This document shows, in pieces, positions 22,962 through 33,575 of a stretch of DNA of 64,000 nucleotides. This DNA comes from an uncultured Nitrososphaerota archaeon. GTDB lineage: Archaea > Thermoproteota > Nitrososphaeria > Nitrososphaerales > CADDZS01. A program made the translations under genes and the position numbers. Where the stretch lies: NCBI GenBank assembly GCA_963799845.1, contig CAWCYI010000004.1, positions 1,248,001 through 1,312,000 on the forward strand. Direction: 5' to 3'. Below the pieces are notes generated by a model that ran no database searches, had not been told where the DNA came from, and saw nothing but the letters and a program-made list of their open reading frames with translations. Every line of letters begins with the position of its first letter. Positions within the stretch are counted from its first letter, which is position 1.

Positions 22962-23900
22962 TCATCGACGCAATCGAGGATCTAAAATGTCTCTCAGCCC
23001 GTCACCGACGAGATTGAACGCAAGTGTCGCGATTATTATCGCCAGTCCGGGGAAAATGATCAGCCAGGGTGCCGTGAACACATTCTGAATCCCCTCCGCC
23101 ACCAAATTTCCGAGCTCGGGCAAGTTTTGTTTTGGCGAGAATCCTAGAAACATCAAGCTCGAAAAGATGAGGATCACTCCTCCGAGGTCCAGCGTAGCCT
23201 GTACCAGAATCGGGTACATTGAGTTGGGAATGATGTGCCTGAACAAAATGCGCGGAGTGCTAGCGCCCATCGCTCTCAACGATTCGACATAGTTTTTCTC
23301 CTTCTCTGAAAGTATCTGACCACGAACTAGCCTCACGTAGAGCGGCCACCACACGATTAGCACCGCGAAAGTTAGAGTCGGAATACTCGGCCCGACAACA
23401 GCTGCAATAACAAGCGCGAGAAGTAGCGTCGGGAAACCAAAAAAGATGTCAGTGATCCTGAGAATAATTTCGTCTATTACCGAACCTCCGTACGAGGAAA
23501 GTGCGCCAAGAACTATACCTATCGCGACGGAGCCCAAGACTACGGTAAAAGCGATCTGAAGATCGAGCGGGAGCGCGAGCACTATCATGGAAAGCACTCC
23601 TCGCCCGAAATAGTCCGTTCCAAGCCAGTAAAACTGGTTGCTACTGCAAAGAGATGAGTTAGGACCCCAATTTATCCAGTGGTTTCCCCAACAAAGCTGG
23701 GTGGCGTACGAGACTTTGTTAGCAAGTGCCGGGTTCACAATGAAATGGGAAAGAAGCGCGATTACTATAATTCCGATGCTCAATATCGAACCCACCAGAA
23801 CTAGCGGATTTCGGACCAGCAGTCTGAGGGCAAACTTCAGATCGTCCAGTCGTCGATAGTTTCGCGGCTTCTTGCTCTTTTCTTCGACTAGTTTGCTCAA
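22962..23900 (-). CDS. dppC: Peptide ABC permease DppC/OppC
   Basis: LGTDYFGR, YVESLRAMGAS (EAA loop), FNLVGDGLRDILDPR. Confidence 0.92.
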   Translation of the reverse strand: MSKLVEEKSKKPRNYRRLDDLKFALRLLVRNPLVLVGSILSIGIIVIALLSHFIVNPALANKVSYATQLCWGNHWINWGPNSSLCSSNQFYWLGTDYFGRGVLSMIVLALPLDLQIAFTVVLGSVAIGIVLGALSSYGGSVIDEIILRITDIFFGFPTLLLALVIAAVVGPSIPTLTFAVLIVWWPLYVRLVRGQILSEKEKNYVESLRAMGASTPRILFRHIIPNSMYPILVQATLDLGGVILIFSSLMFLGFSPKQNLPELGNLVAEGIQNVFTAPWLIIFPGLAIIIATLAFNLVGDGLRDILDPRLRR

Positions 23901-24938
23901 CTTAATCGTATCCTTGGGTCAATAACCCCGTAGAGCAGATCGACTGCGAGGTTCGCGATCACGATGATCGCCGCAGACACTATCGTGTAGAGCATGAGAA
24001 AGTTGGTATCATTGGCAAAGGTCGCCTGAAGCGCGGCAGAACCGACTCCCGGCCAGCTGAAAACATATTCTACGACGACAACGCCTCCCAGAAGTGATGC
24101 AAATAGAACTCCAGTCACGGTTATCACAGGAATTAGAGCATTCCTCAGTGCATGCCGGTAGGTTACTACTCTTTCTGTAAGTCCCTTAGACCTCGCAAGT
24201 ACTATGTAGTCCTGCTTCAGGACTTCGAGCATGCTTGATCTCACGATCCTCGTCAGGTATCCCAGGCTGGCGAAAGCCAGCGTGATCGCGGGTAAAATCA
24301 GATGAGTAAGTGAACTTACAAAGTACCGATCCGTTCCCTTCGATGATTGCATCCAGAATAGGTAATCCCGTTATCGGATGTACGGAGTTGATGAAACTCT
24401 GGCTTACGTAACCGGAGCTCGGGAGCGTGGGTAGCCCCCACAGCTTGAAGTAATATGAAAATAATAGCTGAAACAGGAAACCGAGCCAGAATACCGGCAT
24501 CGAGTATCCCGAGAGTGCGAAGAGCCTCGAGATGTGATCCGGAAGTTTGTTATTTCTTGTGGCTGAGAGGATTCCCAGGGGGAGTGCCACCACGATCGTT
24601 ATGATTATCGAAGCGATTGCAAGTTCTACTGTCAGGGGGAATCTGTCCTTGAAGACCGTAATCGTCGCCTGATTTCCCGCCCACTTCGAAATTCCCCAGT
24701 TGCCGGATGCGGCGTCTCTGACCCAGTAAAAGTACTGCTCGTACAGCGGCAGGTTGAAGCCGTGAATTTGCTTGATGTAATTAATCTCCGCAGTGCTCAT
24801 GGAGAGAGTTACGTACTGTCCCCAGGGAGGAAATTTCGAAGGATAGCCACGTGATAGATAGAAGACAATGAGGCTGATACCAAAAAGTACCAGTATCATG
24901 AGTAAAAGTCTTCTAATCACGAACTTTGCGAAATTCAA
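23897..24938 (-). CDS. dppB: Peptide ABC permease DppB/OppB, +1 frameshift near 24325
   Basis: FVIRRLL and RFPLTVEL in the first frame; HLILPAITL, ARSKGL and DLLYGVIDPRI in the second. Confidence 0.9.
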
Positions 24939-25106
24939 AACTGATACGTCGCGCGATGAGAATTATCAAGTTGTTATTTAATTGTCCTCCGATCCTGCGC
25001 CAACTACTGAAATGATTTCTGAAAATATTTTCATGATTTGCAAGTCAATCAAGAAAGCATGGCGTGGTAACAACACATTTTAGGAGACCGGCGGGGCTTT
25101 TGTTTC

Positions 25107-27164
25107 ATGTTTTCAAGAAAATCTAAAATCAAACAGGCGATCGGTAGGACAGCGCTTGTTGGTATAGTCGTTATAATTATCATCATAATAGCAGTAGGCG
25201 GTTATGCGGCTCTTTCTATCGGAAAGACCAGCAGTTCAACAACTACTTCCACTACGTCTTCGGTGAGCACGACCACGAGTTCCACTACATCGATTGGTTC
25301 GACTACCACAACTTCCAGCACACTGAGCACCAGTCAAAGTTCCACATCAAGCACGACTTCGTCTCCTTCAACTACCTCTTCAACAACCTCGACCACGGTA
25401 GCAACCTCTAGTTCACAGTCCGTCCAAAATCCCGGAGTTATTGTATACGAAACTTCAAACCAGCCGTCGTCATTAGATCCCGCCCTCTGGTCTGACGCCG
25501 GATCTGCGACGATTCAGTTCAATGTGTATGAGACTCTCTTCCAGTATGTTGGCAACGTAAGTTCGCAGGTCGAACCGTGGCTTGCTTCGAATTACACCGT
25601 TTCACCTGATGGTTTGACTTACACGGTTAATCTGAGACAGGGCATAACATTCCAAGACGGTTCGCAGTTTAACGCGAGCGCAGTTGTATTCAGTTTTAAC
25701 AGAGTCGTCCTGATGGATTCGTCATCGTCAAACGTCTGGATCCTCGTCGGGTCTCAAGCCCCCGGTTTGATTAATGGTTCATTCAACTACAGTCATAATT
25801 TTGGGTCGGGAGCAGCGACATACAACCAAAGCCAAGTTAACGCCTACCTCGCCTCGGACGGAGTGCAGGTTGGAGCTAATCCTTACCAAGTGATATTTCA
25901 TCTAGGATATGCTGATGCTTCATTTCCATACATACTTGCCCTAACTGCCGCTAGTATAGTGTCACCGAGTTTCGTCATCTCTCACTGGAGTGCTCCGACA
26001 GATGGACATGGATACATCACCGGAGTCAACGCAGGCGACACCGACCCGTACATGAACAATCACACATCAGGGACGGGTCCCTATGAAGTCAAGAGCTGGG
26101 ATCCCACGACTGGCGACGTCGTTTTAACATCTTATTCTCAGTACTGGGGCTCTCCATCGAATACAGGAGTCGCAAAGGTTCCCGAAATCGACCTGAACTT
26201 TATCCAGAGTGATTCCGCGAGAGTGCTCGATCTAAAGTCCGGCGCCGCTGACATTGCAGATATTCCCACCAGCGACAACTTTGCCTTCTTTGACAAGACC
26301 ACATGGTTGACAAATCACCAGATTCAGATAACCGCCCCCGGCGTTTCCGTTATCGGGCCCTTCCCGCAGCTAAACATCGAATACATCGGGATGAACTTTG
26401 CAATCCACGATCCCAACGGCTCGCTGTCTTCTTTCCAGCCGTTCGCGAACAAGAACTTTAGACTCGCGATGGCCGACGCAATCAACATCACTGATATACT
26501 GCAGAATGCCGCGTCGGGATTTGGAATAACAGCTGACAGCGCTGTCCCGCCCGGCCTTGGAGGATACAACTCCTCCGTTCCCGTAGACTATAACTTCAAT
26601 CTGACGGACGCGCAGGGAAACCTCACAATCGCTTCAAATGCACTCGGCTTCAATTCGAGCAACCCACAAACGCTCACAATGGTATACGCGATCGGCGACA
26701 GCACCGGACAGGCCGTATCCACGGAACTAGCGACTAACATCAATAACATGGCACTGGGCATTACGATAAACGTCTCGCCACAGCCGATTAGCCAGTTCCT
26801 GGGTGGGGTCGTCGCGAGAACGATACCAATGTTCGTTCTTCAATACTTGGCGGACTATCCAGAGACGACCGACTTTCTGTCCGCCTTTGGAAGTGCAACT
26901 TCTAATGTAGGATTCTTCGTGGGTTACAACGACACGCACGTAACCTCGCTAATCAACCAGCAAGCGAGCGGAGGCAACGCAACTCTAAGGGCACAGCTCA
27001 TAAATCAGGCCGAAATAGCGATGAACCAGGACGTTCCGTATATCTGGCTATACTATCCTTCAATATTCGGGGAGACTGGACAGATGTTCAGAAGCTGGAT
27101 CAGCGGATTCCAGTTCAACGCTGCGTATTCGGGGCCGTACTTCTACGAGCTGTCCAAGGGATAA
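25107..27164 (+). CDS. ABC family-5 solute-binding protein, close paralog of 17612-19711
   Basis: Same architecture; shared blocks QSDSARVLDLKSGAADI and FGETGQMFRSWISGF. Confidence 0.92.
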   Translation: MFSRKSKIKQAIGRTALVGIVVIIIIIIAVGGYAALSIGKTSSSTTTSTTSSVSTTTSSTTSIGSTTTTSSTLSTSQSSTSSTTSSPSTTSSTTSTTVATSSSQSVQNPGVIVYETSNQPSSLDPALWSDAGSATIQFNVYETLFQYVGNVSSQVEPWLASNYTVSPDGLTYTVNLRQGITFQDGSQFNASAVVFSFNRVVLMDSSSSNVWILVGSQAPGLINGSFNYSHNFGSGAATYNQSQVNAYLASDGVQVGANPYQVIFHLGYADASFPYILALTAASIVSPSFVISHWSAPTDGHGYITGVNAGDTDPYMNNHTSGTGPYEVKSWDPTTGDVVLTSYSQYWGSPSNTGVAKVPEIDLNFIQSDSARVLDLKSGAADIADIPTSDNFAFFDKTTWLTNHQIQITAPGVSVIGPFPQLNIEYIGMNFAIHDPNGSLSSFQPFANKNFRLAMADAINITDILQNAASGFGITADSAVPPGLGGYNSSVPVDYNFNLTDAQGNLTIASNALGFNSSNPQTLTMVYAIGDSTGQAVSTELATNINNMALGITINVSPQPISQFLGGVVARTIPMFVLQYLADYPETTDFLSAFGSATSNVGFFVGYNDTHVTSLINQQASGGNATLRAQLINQAEIAMNQDVPYIWLYYPSIFGETGQMFRSWISGFQFNAAYSGPYFYELSKG

Positions 27165-27178
27165 ACCATCAGAGATAC

Positions 27179-27211
27179 ATGCCTTGCGGCCTGCAAGGCA
27201 TTCGATTTTTT
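27179..27211 (+). terminator. Hairpin plus T-tract between convergent genes
   Basis: ATGCCTTGC-GGCCT-GCAAGGCAT (9-bp stem) followed by TCGATTTTTT. Confidence 0.6.
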
Positions 27212-27234
27212 ACAGATAATTATTTTTCGAGTTT

Positions 27235-28065
27235 TCAGCTATAGCTATGAAGCTTACTCAGCTTGTGATTAGAATCCAGAGGGAACACTCTTTCGTCATC
27301 GCATCCGAAGAATCTAACGTTTTCAAATCCTGATTCTCTTAGGAGGCTCTCTACCTCGGAGGGAAAGAAAGTCCTTAGCAGGACGGTGTCCTCGTCGGTG
27401 GAAATCTTTCCGTCGTAGTCGAAAATGTAAGTAGATTTCCAAGAATATTTTGGGTTCTCCATAAGCTCAAGGTGACACTCGTGAAAGCGATTAACGAAAG
27501 CTCTTGTGATTCCTCTGTCAGGAGCCGAGAACTTGAATTGCTGGTTTGAAAACCCGTTGTAGAATGGATCTTGCAAGACAATCTTCGCGTGAATAAAGTC
27601 AGCGAATATTAGACCGCCTTTTTGCAGCGACCGAACGGCGCATTGGAAAGTTTGTCTTAGGACAGTGTTATCCAGAAAGTAACACGTGACAAGCGGGCCC
27701 AGAAGAACGGCACCGAGTTTTTCTGACGACTGGAAATTTCTCGCATCCCCGACTTGGATTCGGTCTTCGCCGAGCTTCGTCTTGCCCAAGGTGACCATCT
27801 CAGGGCAGATCTCCAACGCGTGGACGTCGTAGCCGAAATCTCTCTCAAGCAGCCACGACTGGCGACCGGATCCTGAGCCCAGCTCCAAGACTGAGTTCCC
27901 TAGTGTTCGATGCTTGATTTCATGGTCAAGAAGTTCGTTTTGAGATTTCATGCGTCTGATAAAGTCAGGATAAATCAGATCGTATATCCAGCCGTATTTC
28001 GTCATCAGTTTGTGGCGCGAATTCTTGGCTATCTCGTCCTCGATGACAGTTGACGTTATCTGCAA
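27235..28065 (-). CDS. Class I SAM-dependent methyltransferase (possible frameshift in the last codons)
   Basis: VLELGSGSGR, QVGDARNF and LRTFFPSEVESLLRESGF motifs. An alternative frame gives an SFIAIAE terminus. Confidence 0.85.
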   Translation of the reverse strand: MQITSTVIEDEIAKNSRHKLMTKYGWIYDLIYPDFIRRMKSQNELLDHEIKHRTLGNSVLELGSGSGRQSWLLERDFGYDVHALEICPEMVTLGKTKLGEDRIQVGDARNFQSSEKLGAVLLGPLVTCYFLDNTVLRQTFQCAVRSLQKGGLIFADFIHAKIVLQDPFYNGFSNQQFKFSAPDRGITRAFVNRFHECHLELMENPKYSWKSTYIFDYDGKISTDEDTVLLRTFFPSEVESLLRESGFENVRFFGCDDERVFPLDSNHKLSKLHSYS

Positions 28066-28084
28066 TTTTCTTTCTCCGAAGAAC

Positions 28085-28540
28085 TCAACGCGTAAATCTC
28101 AACGGAACGTGCCACTGCCCTGATTCTATCTGTTCTTCGTAAAGTTCGATCCTCTTGCACATGTAGATCAGGTCTGATTCTTGGGGTGCGATCATTCGAC
28201 AAACATCTAGCCTACCCAAGAATAAAACGGCGGTCGGGACATCGGAAAGAAAAGGAAAACCCTGCTTGAATGGATTTTTGTCCGCAGTTTTTGACTCCCA
28301 CTCCTCCTTTGAACCAACCTTGAATTTCAATAGCTTAACTCTTGATTCCTTGGAGTATTCTTCAAAACGCCGGATGTGGGTTGAAGCTACGACGCAGTCG
28401 GGGCACCAAGAGTACAGCCCTCCTTCCGGAGAACCCTCGAAAACTGCCAAGTGCCAAGTTTTCGGAGCATATGAAGAAAGTGAATTTTGGAATTCCCGGT
28501 ACAGGTCCTGCGCAGTAAGTTTCTTTTTCTCTTCCTGCAT
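28085..28540 (-). CDS. Thioredoxin-like protein, TXNDC17/TRP14 (DUF953)-like
   Basis: SWCPDCV active site, VGSKEEW...NPFK and VPT cis-Pro motif; likely start MQEEKKK at 28540. Confidence 0.75.
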   Translation of the reverse strand: MQEEKKKLTAQDLYREFQNSLSSYAPKTWHLAVFEGSPEGGLYSWCPDCVVASTHIRRFEEYSKESRVKLLKFKVGSKEEWESKTADKNPFKQGFPFLSDVPTAVLFLGRLDVCRMIAPQESDLIYMCKRIELYEEQIESGQWHVPLRFTR

Positions 28541-28604
28541 TGATCCAAGATAACCTGTAACATGTAATAAGGCAGTTGTTTTTATCCTAAGAAATTGCGG
28601 CACC

Positions 28605-29754
28605 ATGAACAAAACGACGATAGATCGGCTGAAGACTGAGCTGGATTCAAGGTTTAGGCGGTTAGTGGAATGGTTGAATGAAAACGGCCTCGATTACGCA
28701 GTGATCCTGAAAGAGGAGATCGAGGTACAGAGCGGGAATTATCTGTATTATGGCGGAGCCCTCATGTCGGGAGAGTACGGCGCCATTGTCGTTGATTCTT
28801 CTGGAGAACGCTCAGCGATAGTTCACGAATATTCGTTCGAGAGGGTGAGAAATTCATGGCTCTATTCCGGAGTGTTTGAGATCAGGCAGTCAATCGAAGA
28901 GCTGATAGCAACTCTGCGCAAACTCGTGAAAGATTCCAATACAGCAATTGACAGCAGCGCGACACAGAATGCGACGAATCTGCTTAGATCAAGCGGGATC
29001 AATATGTCTGACAAGAATCTCAGGGAGTTTGTTTTTTCTCAACGCGCGACAAAAAGCGAGTTTGAGGTTCACGAGATGGAAACAGCGATCGGGATCGCCA
29101 AGAGAGCTCTTGATAGGACGGTTCACAGTTTCAAATCAGGCATTACCACAGAAGATATCTCCCGTTCGCTGAATAAGAATATCCTGGACGAAGGCGGCAT
29201 AGGAACCTCGTTTGAGACCGACGTGAGGATCATACGGGGTTTGAGCGAAGCTCAAACGAGAAAACTTGCCAAAGGCGATCTTGTTCTATTCGATTTTGGA
29301 GCCAAACTTTCCTCAATGTATTTGTCTGACGTCGGTCGGACGATTCCATTTTTGCCAGATAGAGACCACAAGATTAGAGACTTCATGAATGATGTCTATT
29401 CAATCAAGCGAGCCGGATTTAAGAAGATACGTAAGTGGACACACTGGAAATCAAGTCCGTGCAGAAATCGATCAAGTAATTCATGAACATGGCTATGATT
29501 CGACTCACAGGCCGGGGCATCAAATTGGTCTGAATGTACATGAGCCGTTCGGGCCGGCGCTCGCGTATGGAGCAGAGAACTCGGGACAGCTTCGGGAGGG
29601 AAACGTTGTGACCTGGGAACCAGGGATTGGGCTTGCCAAGAATAAAGAGAAGTTGAACAAGAATCGGTATGGTATGGCTCACATGGAAGACATGGTACTC
29701 GTTGGCACTCCTTCGAAGATGCTCGGGAATTTAAAACTCGAATTCTCGGAGTGA
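28605..29754 (+). CDS. M24 Xaa-Pro aminopeptidase/prolidase, +1 frameshift near 29433
   Basis: DLVLFDFG, YLSDVGRT, HRPGHQIGLNVHE, TWEPG and HMEDMV motifs. Confidence 0.9.
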
Positions 29755-29775
29755 AGCCAGAGGTAATCACTGGTC

Positions 29776-30814
29776 TCATCGTTTCGAAGATTTCTTGTTG
29801 CCGAGCCCAAGCTTTCTCAGAAACTTTTCGTAATCGGCAGGACTCATCAGAAACCGTTGGCCGCTGAAATGCTCCAAGGTTTCCGAATCGGTCACCCCGA
29901 TTCGTCTCAGCTTCCTCCACCATGGCCCTGTACGATTCAATCGCGCTGTCTCCAAACTCTCCTTGCGCAACCTTCCCGGAAGCTCGCTTCAACATGTTTA
30001 GGGACAACAGGACGTCGAGGTATATCGAGACAGGGTCGCTTTTCTTGAAGTATGGCACGCCGACAAGGAGATGGCCCTCCTCGCCCGGAGCAATCCGCAT
30101 GAAGGAATTATGCATGAATTCTACCTTGAGTTTGTCCAGGATCTCGTCCGTCTTTTTGCCCAGTAACGTACTTACCGAGGGAACCTTCTCAAATCCGTGA
30201 AAGTAATCCGTGAAGGAATAGAGGGAAATCGGAGCCTTGCGATTTATTCGGACGGGAAACTTTGTTTGAGTCTTTGACTTTGATACGCGGCCGAGTTCCA
30301 TTTCCTTCAAGAATTTTCTGAAAACCCTCGGCGAGGCGGGGCCAAGCTTGAGATACTCTACTATCTCATCTTTGGGCATTCCTATCCTTTCCGCTTCCCT
30401 AACGGTATACCTGTACGCTGGGACTTCAATGGGGCTCGAATAATACAGTGAAAAGTCTCCCAAGAACTTCTGGTGCTCTTTCTCAAAGTGGATCCTGTCC
30501 TCGTGCCACTGCTTGATGTGGAACAGCTCATGGACAACGTCAAGGTACAGCGTCCGTAAGTCGCTGTGCCGAAGATGGTATGTCCCGACGTTGATGTTTC
30601 CGTCTTCGTCCCTGATCCCCATGTACATGAACTTAAGAGAGATGAAAGAAACATTCAGATTCCCTAGGACTGCATCCGTCTCCTCGCCGAAGACGCTCCT
30701 TACCGCCTGAACTTTCTCGAAACCCTTGAAGTAGTCCGTGAATGGAAAGAGGTCTGGAGGAGGCGTCTCACGATTTATTTCGATCGGAAGTTCCGAGCGC
30801 CTAAGTTGAGACAT
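29776..30814 (-). CDS. Hypothetical protein with two tandem homologous domains and HExxH in the first; frameshift near 29908
   Basis: INR..P..L..FTDYF.GFEKV..V occurs twice; VVHELFH...PIEVPAY. The true C-terminus is ARRIGVTDSETLEHF...KR* ending at 29776. Confidence 0.7.
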
Positions 30815-30918
30815 AGTCAGAATTTGGTCTCAGGGGAGATAATCTTTACTTGTACCGATATCAATGAAATGATTGGGGCGAACTCTAAAACATGAAGGTA
30901 GCGAATTTCCATTGTGAT

Positions 30919-32082
30919 CTAGGGACGAATCGTGACCTTCATGCTCTCTTCACTTAGTGCCATATCCATCGCGTGATTGATCTCATCCAATGGGAAAGTA
31001 CGGGTCACGATTTCATCGAACGGGATGTCTGACATGAATTTCTTCAAAACTCTCAGAGCCATCACGTACGACCTGTTCGTTTGGCCAGGAACTCCCACAA
31101 CTGTAGTGTACCTGCCTGAGATGAGCTTCTGGACGTTTATCGTGGAACTGCGCCCGAGGTCGGTGTAAATCCCTGCTATCGCATAAGTGCCGAAAGGTTT
31201 GACATACGAAAGACCTTCCTCCACGACCTCCGGATAACCCGCGCACTCGCAAACAATGTCCGCGCCCTTTCCACCAAGAATGTCCAGCACTGCGCTTATT
31301 CTTTCTCCCTGCGTAGTCTCATCCACGTTCAATACTTCGTCGACGCCAAACTTCTGCTTCAGGTAATCAGTCCTGTATTTGGGTTTCCCGACTACGATTA
31401 TCCTGTTTGCCCCGATGATCTTTGCCGTAATGATGTGAGCGAGCGCAAGTGGTCCGCTCCCTTGGATTACCACGTCGCCAGCAAGGGGACCCCCTTCTCC
31501 GTATATCTGCGGGGAACGTAGTACCCTCTGGAAAGTTGTGATGCCCACGGCGAGAACTTCTGCGAAGACAGCAACTCTGTCTGGAACTTCATCCGGCACC
31601 GTTGCAAGTTTCACGTTGGGCAGGAGATACATGTACTCGGAAAAGCCCCCGAAAAGATGCGGCGGGTTCTTGGATGAGATTCCCCATCCGTAGGTCGCTC
31701 CCTTTTCGCATACCGGCCAGCCCGGGAAATTTCTGCACGCCCAGCACTCTTCGCACCTGAGATCGACTATCGGGACGACCCTCGACCCTTCTTCAATTGT
31801 CTCCGAAGGATCGAGCGCCATGGTTCTCTTGGCTCCCTCGCCGAGATTCTCGATCGTTCCGACGATCTCGTGTCCCGGGATTATCGGAAAATTTGTCGGG
31901 AGTCCCAGGTAGTGGGACTTTGATTCATTCTTGTAGATGTGCTTGTCTGTACCGCAAATTCCGCACTGGGAAATCTGGAGTAACGCAGTATTTTCGTCTG
32001 TGTTCGGAAGCGGAAATTCCTGGATATCAAGGCTCCCAGGTTCATTCATTACCGCTGCTCTTACAGGCTCTGTCTGGGTCAA
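30919..32082 (-). CDS. Zinc-binding MDR alcohol/polyol dehydrogenase
   Basis: CGICGTD, GHE, CEECWAC...C and GSGPLAL motifs. Confidence 0.92.
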   Translation of the reverse strand: MTQTEPVRAAVMNEPGSLDIQEFPLPNTDENTALLQISQCGICGTDKHIYKNESKSHYLGLPTNFPIIPGHEIVGTIENLGEGAKRTMALDPSETIEEGSRVVPIVDLRCEECWACRNFPGWPVCEKGATYGWGISSKNPPHLFGGFSEYMYLLPNVKLATVPDEVPDRVAVFAEVLAVGITTFQRVLRSPQIYGEGGPLAGDVVIQGSGPLALAHIITAKIIGANRIIVVGKPKYRTDYLKQKFGVDEVLNVDETTQGERISAVLDILGGKGADIVCECAGYPEVVEEGLSYVKPFGTYAIAGIYTDLGRSSTINVQKLISGRYTTVVGVPGQTNRSYVMALRVLKKFMSDIPFDEIVTRTFPLDEINHAMDMALSEESMKVTIRP

Positions 32083-32146
32083 GAATCGTGTTCATTTTGT
32101 CAGCAAATTATTTCCCGTAATACGCGTTTTCGTGCAGGGACGAATT

Positions 32147-32521
32147 TTACGTTGTAGAACTTGGACCTGAAACCTCATAAGAAGTCGGTCCCTTTCCAAT
32201 GCTAAATATCAGGACCAGAGCTTCTTCGCGGTTTGGATTTACGTCGCGATGCACGAGTTCAGGGGGAATCAGAAAGAAATCACCCCGAGATAGAATGGCA
32301 CGCTCTTGACCATTTTGGCCGAACTCAATGTTCGCTTTCCCGGACATAATGTATCCGTACATGGTACGTTTTCCATGATGATGCCAACCACCGGTCGTTC
32401 CTCCACTAATTCGAACCTCTCCGACATGATCAGAGTCTGACTCGAAGATCGGTCGCGAATCGAAACCCTCTTTGGTTTTACCTCGTTCCTGTTCGGGATG
32501 TACGACTTGAATCTTATCCAT
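32147..32521 (-). CDS. Cupin domain protein
   Basis: GWHHHG...GDFFLIPPELVHRDVN. Confidence 0.88.
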   Translation of the reverse strand: MDKIQVVHPEQERGKTKEGFDSRPIFESDSDHVGEVRISGGTTGGWHHHGKRTMYGYIMSGKANIEFGQNGQERAILSRGDFFLIPPELVHRDVNPNREEALVLIFSIGKGPTSYEVSGPSSTT

Positions 32522-32819
32522 ATTCCCACAAATTCAAAATTATGCTTTCTAGTAAAGCATTTTGTCGTGACTTTGAGCGGTTCGATAGCATCTAGTCACT
32601 TCTTATCGATAGATAGAGGAAGTAAGGGCTATTTTTGAAAAGGACGATTACTCAAAAGCGACTACTACCCGGACAAACACCTGAACACTTTCCGATAGAA
32701 ATCAATTATATCGTTTCACAGCTGCCCTAGACTCGCAGACTTACTAGTAAGACCAAACCCAAAGGCATATTCAAAGCTACGATGAGGAAGGAATCAGGTA
32801 AACTAGTAACCACTTGCAC

Positions 32820-33145
32820 TCACGATGAAGTCAAGTTAGTGTATGTGCAAACGCCCAAGTCGGTAAATGAAGTTGAGTGCCCCAGAGTCTCCGAAGTTGA
32901 AACGTTCGTCTCAAAATTTGAGGTGTAGGTTCCTTGTGCAAAGAAAGTGAAGTTCCGAATTGTGGTCGTGGTCTCATTCGTATAGCATTCGATTTCGCCA
33001 CCGTAGATAACCTGCGTCCCGCAGATAACAATGGTGTACTCAGCGACTTTCGGCGTGCGATAGGAATCCCAAATACGACAACTGCAAACGCAATAATGAT
33101 GATTACAAGCATTAAAACAGCAGGAAGTGTCACTTCATCATCCAT
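32820..33145 (-). CDS. Small TM-anchored protein, probable frameshift near 33070
   Basis: TM helix, then an alternative frame DSYRTPKVAEYTIVICG...CTYTNLTSS*, Thr-rich with N-glycosylation sequons. Confidence 0.35.
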
Positions 33146-33253
33146 CGGCTCAGGATTATCTGATATTTAGTTCTAAGGTTTGAAATCAGGTTTCGATTTG
33201 CGAAACACTCTCGAAATAAGTTCAAATTCGACATTGGGCTCTTTTGATCACTA

Positions 33254-33560
33254 ATGATAATCAGAGAGTCGACGATCTTCAGATTCCAATGGGCTCAGGG
33301 ATTGTTATGCTTCATACTACGACGAACGCGAAGACAATCCCTATTTTGGTCTCACCATCCGACCGAAGAAACCGACAATCGGCGAAGGCCAGGAATGGTT
33401 CTCGAAATTCTACCAAGGAATTCTGGAAGGCAATAATGTTGGCGTGGTTGCAGAAGAAGGCTCGCGCATTATAGGATTCTGCGGAATTCAAAGAATAGGC
33501 ACCAAGTCTGAAGTGTCGCACAGAGCAGATCTGGGAATTTCTGTCAGAAAGGAAATATAT
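33254..33560 (+). pseudogene. Truncated GNAT acetyltransferase
   Basis: MIIRESTI, frameshift, then ...VAEEGSRIIGFC...HRADLGISVRKE. It ends before the GxG acetyl-CoA loop. Confidence 0.65.
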
Positions 33561-33575
33561 CTTCGTGCAGGGGCT

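Noticed and set aside
13680-25420. Low-complexity tracts in the three binding-protein genes as DNA repeat arrays or CRISPR
   Set aside because: They encode Ser/Thr linkers with varied codons and have no repeat-spacer periodicity.
29396-29775. C-terminal extension of the 472-aa ORF
   Set aside because: Frameshift read-through antisense to the M24 peptidase gene; the real end is 29776.
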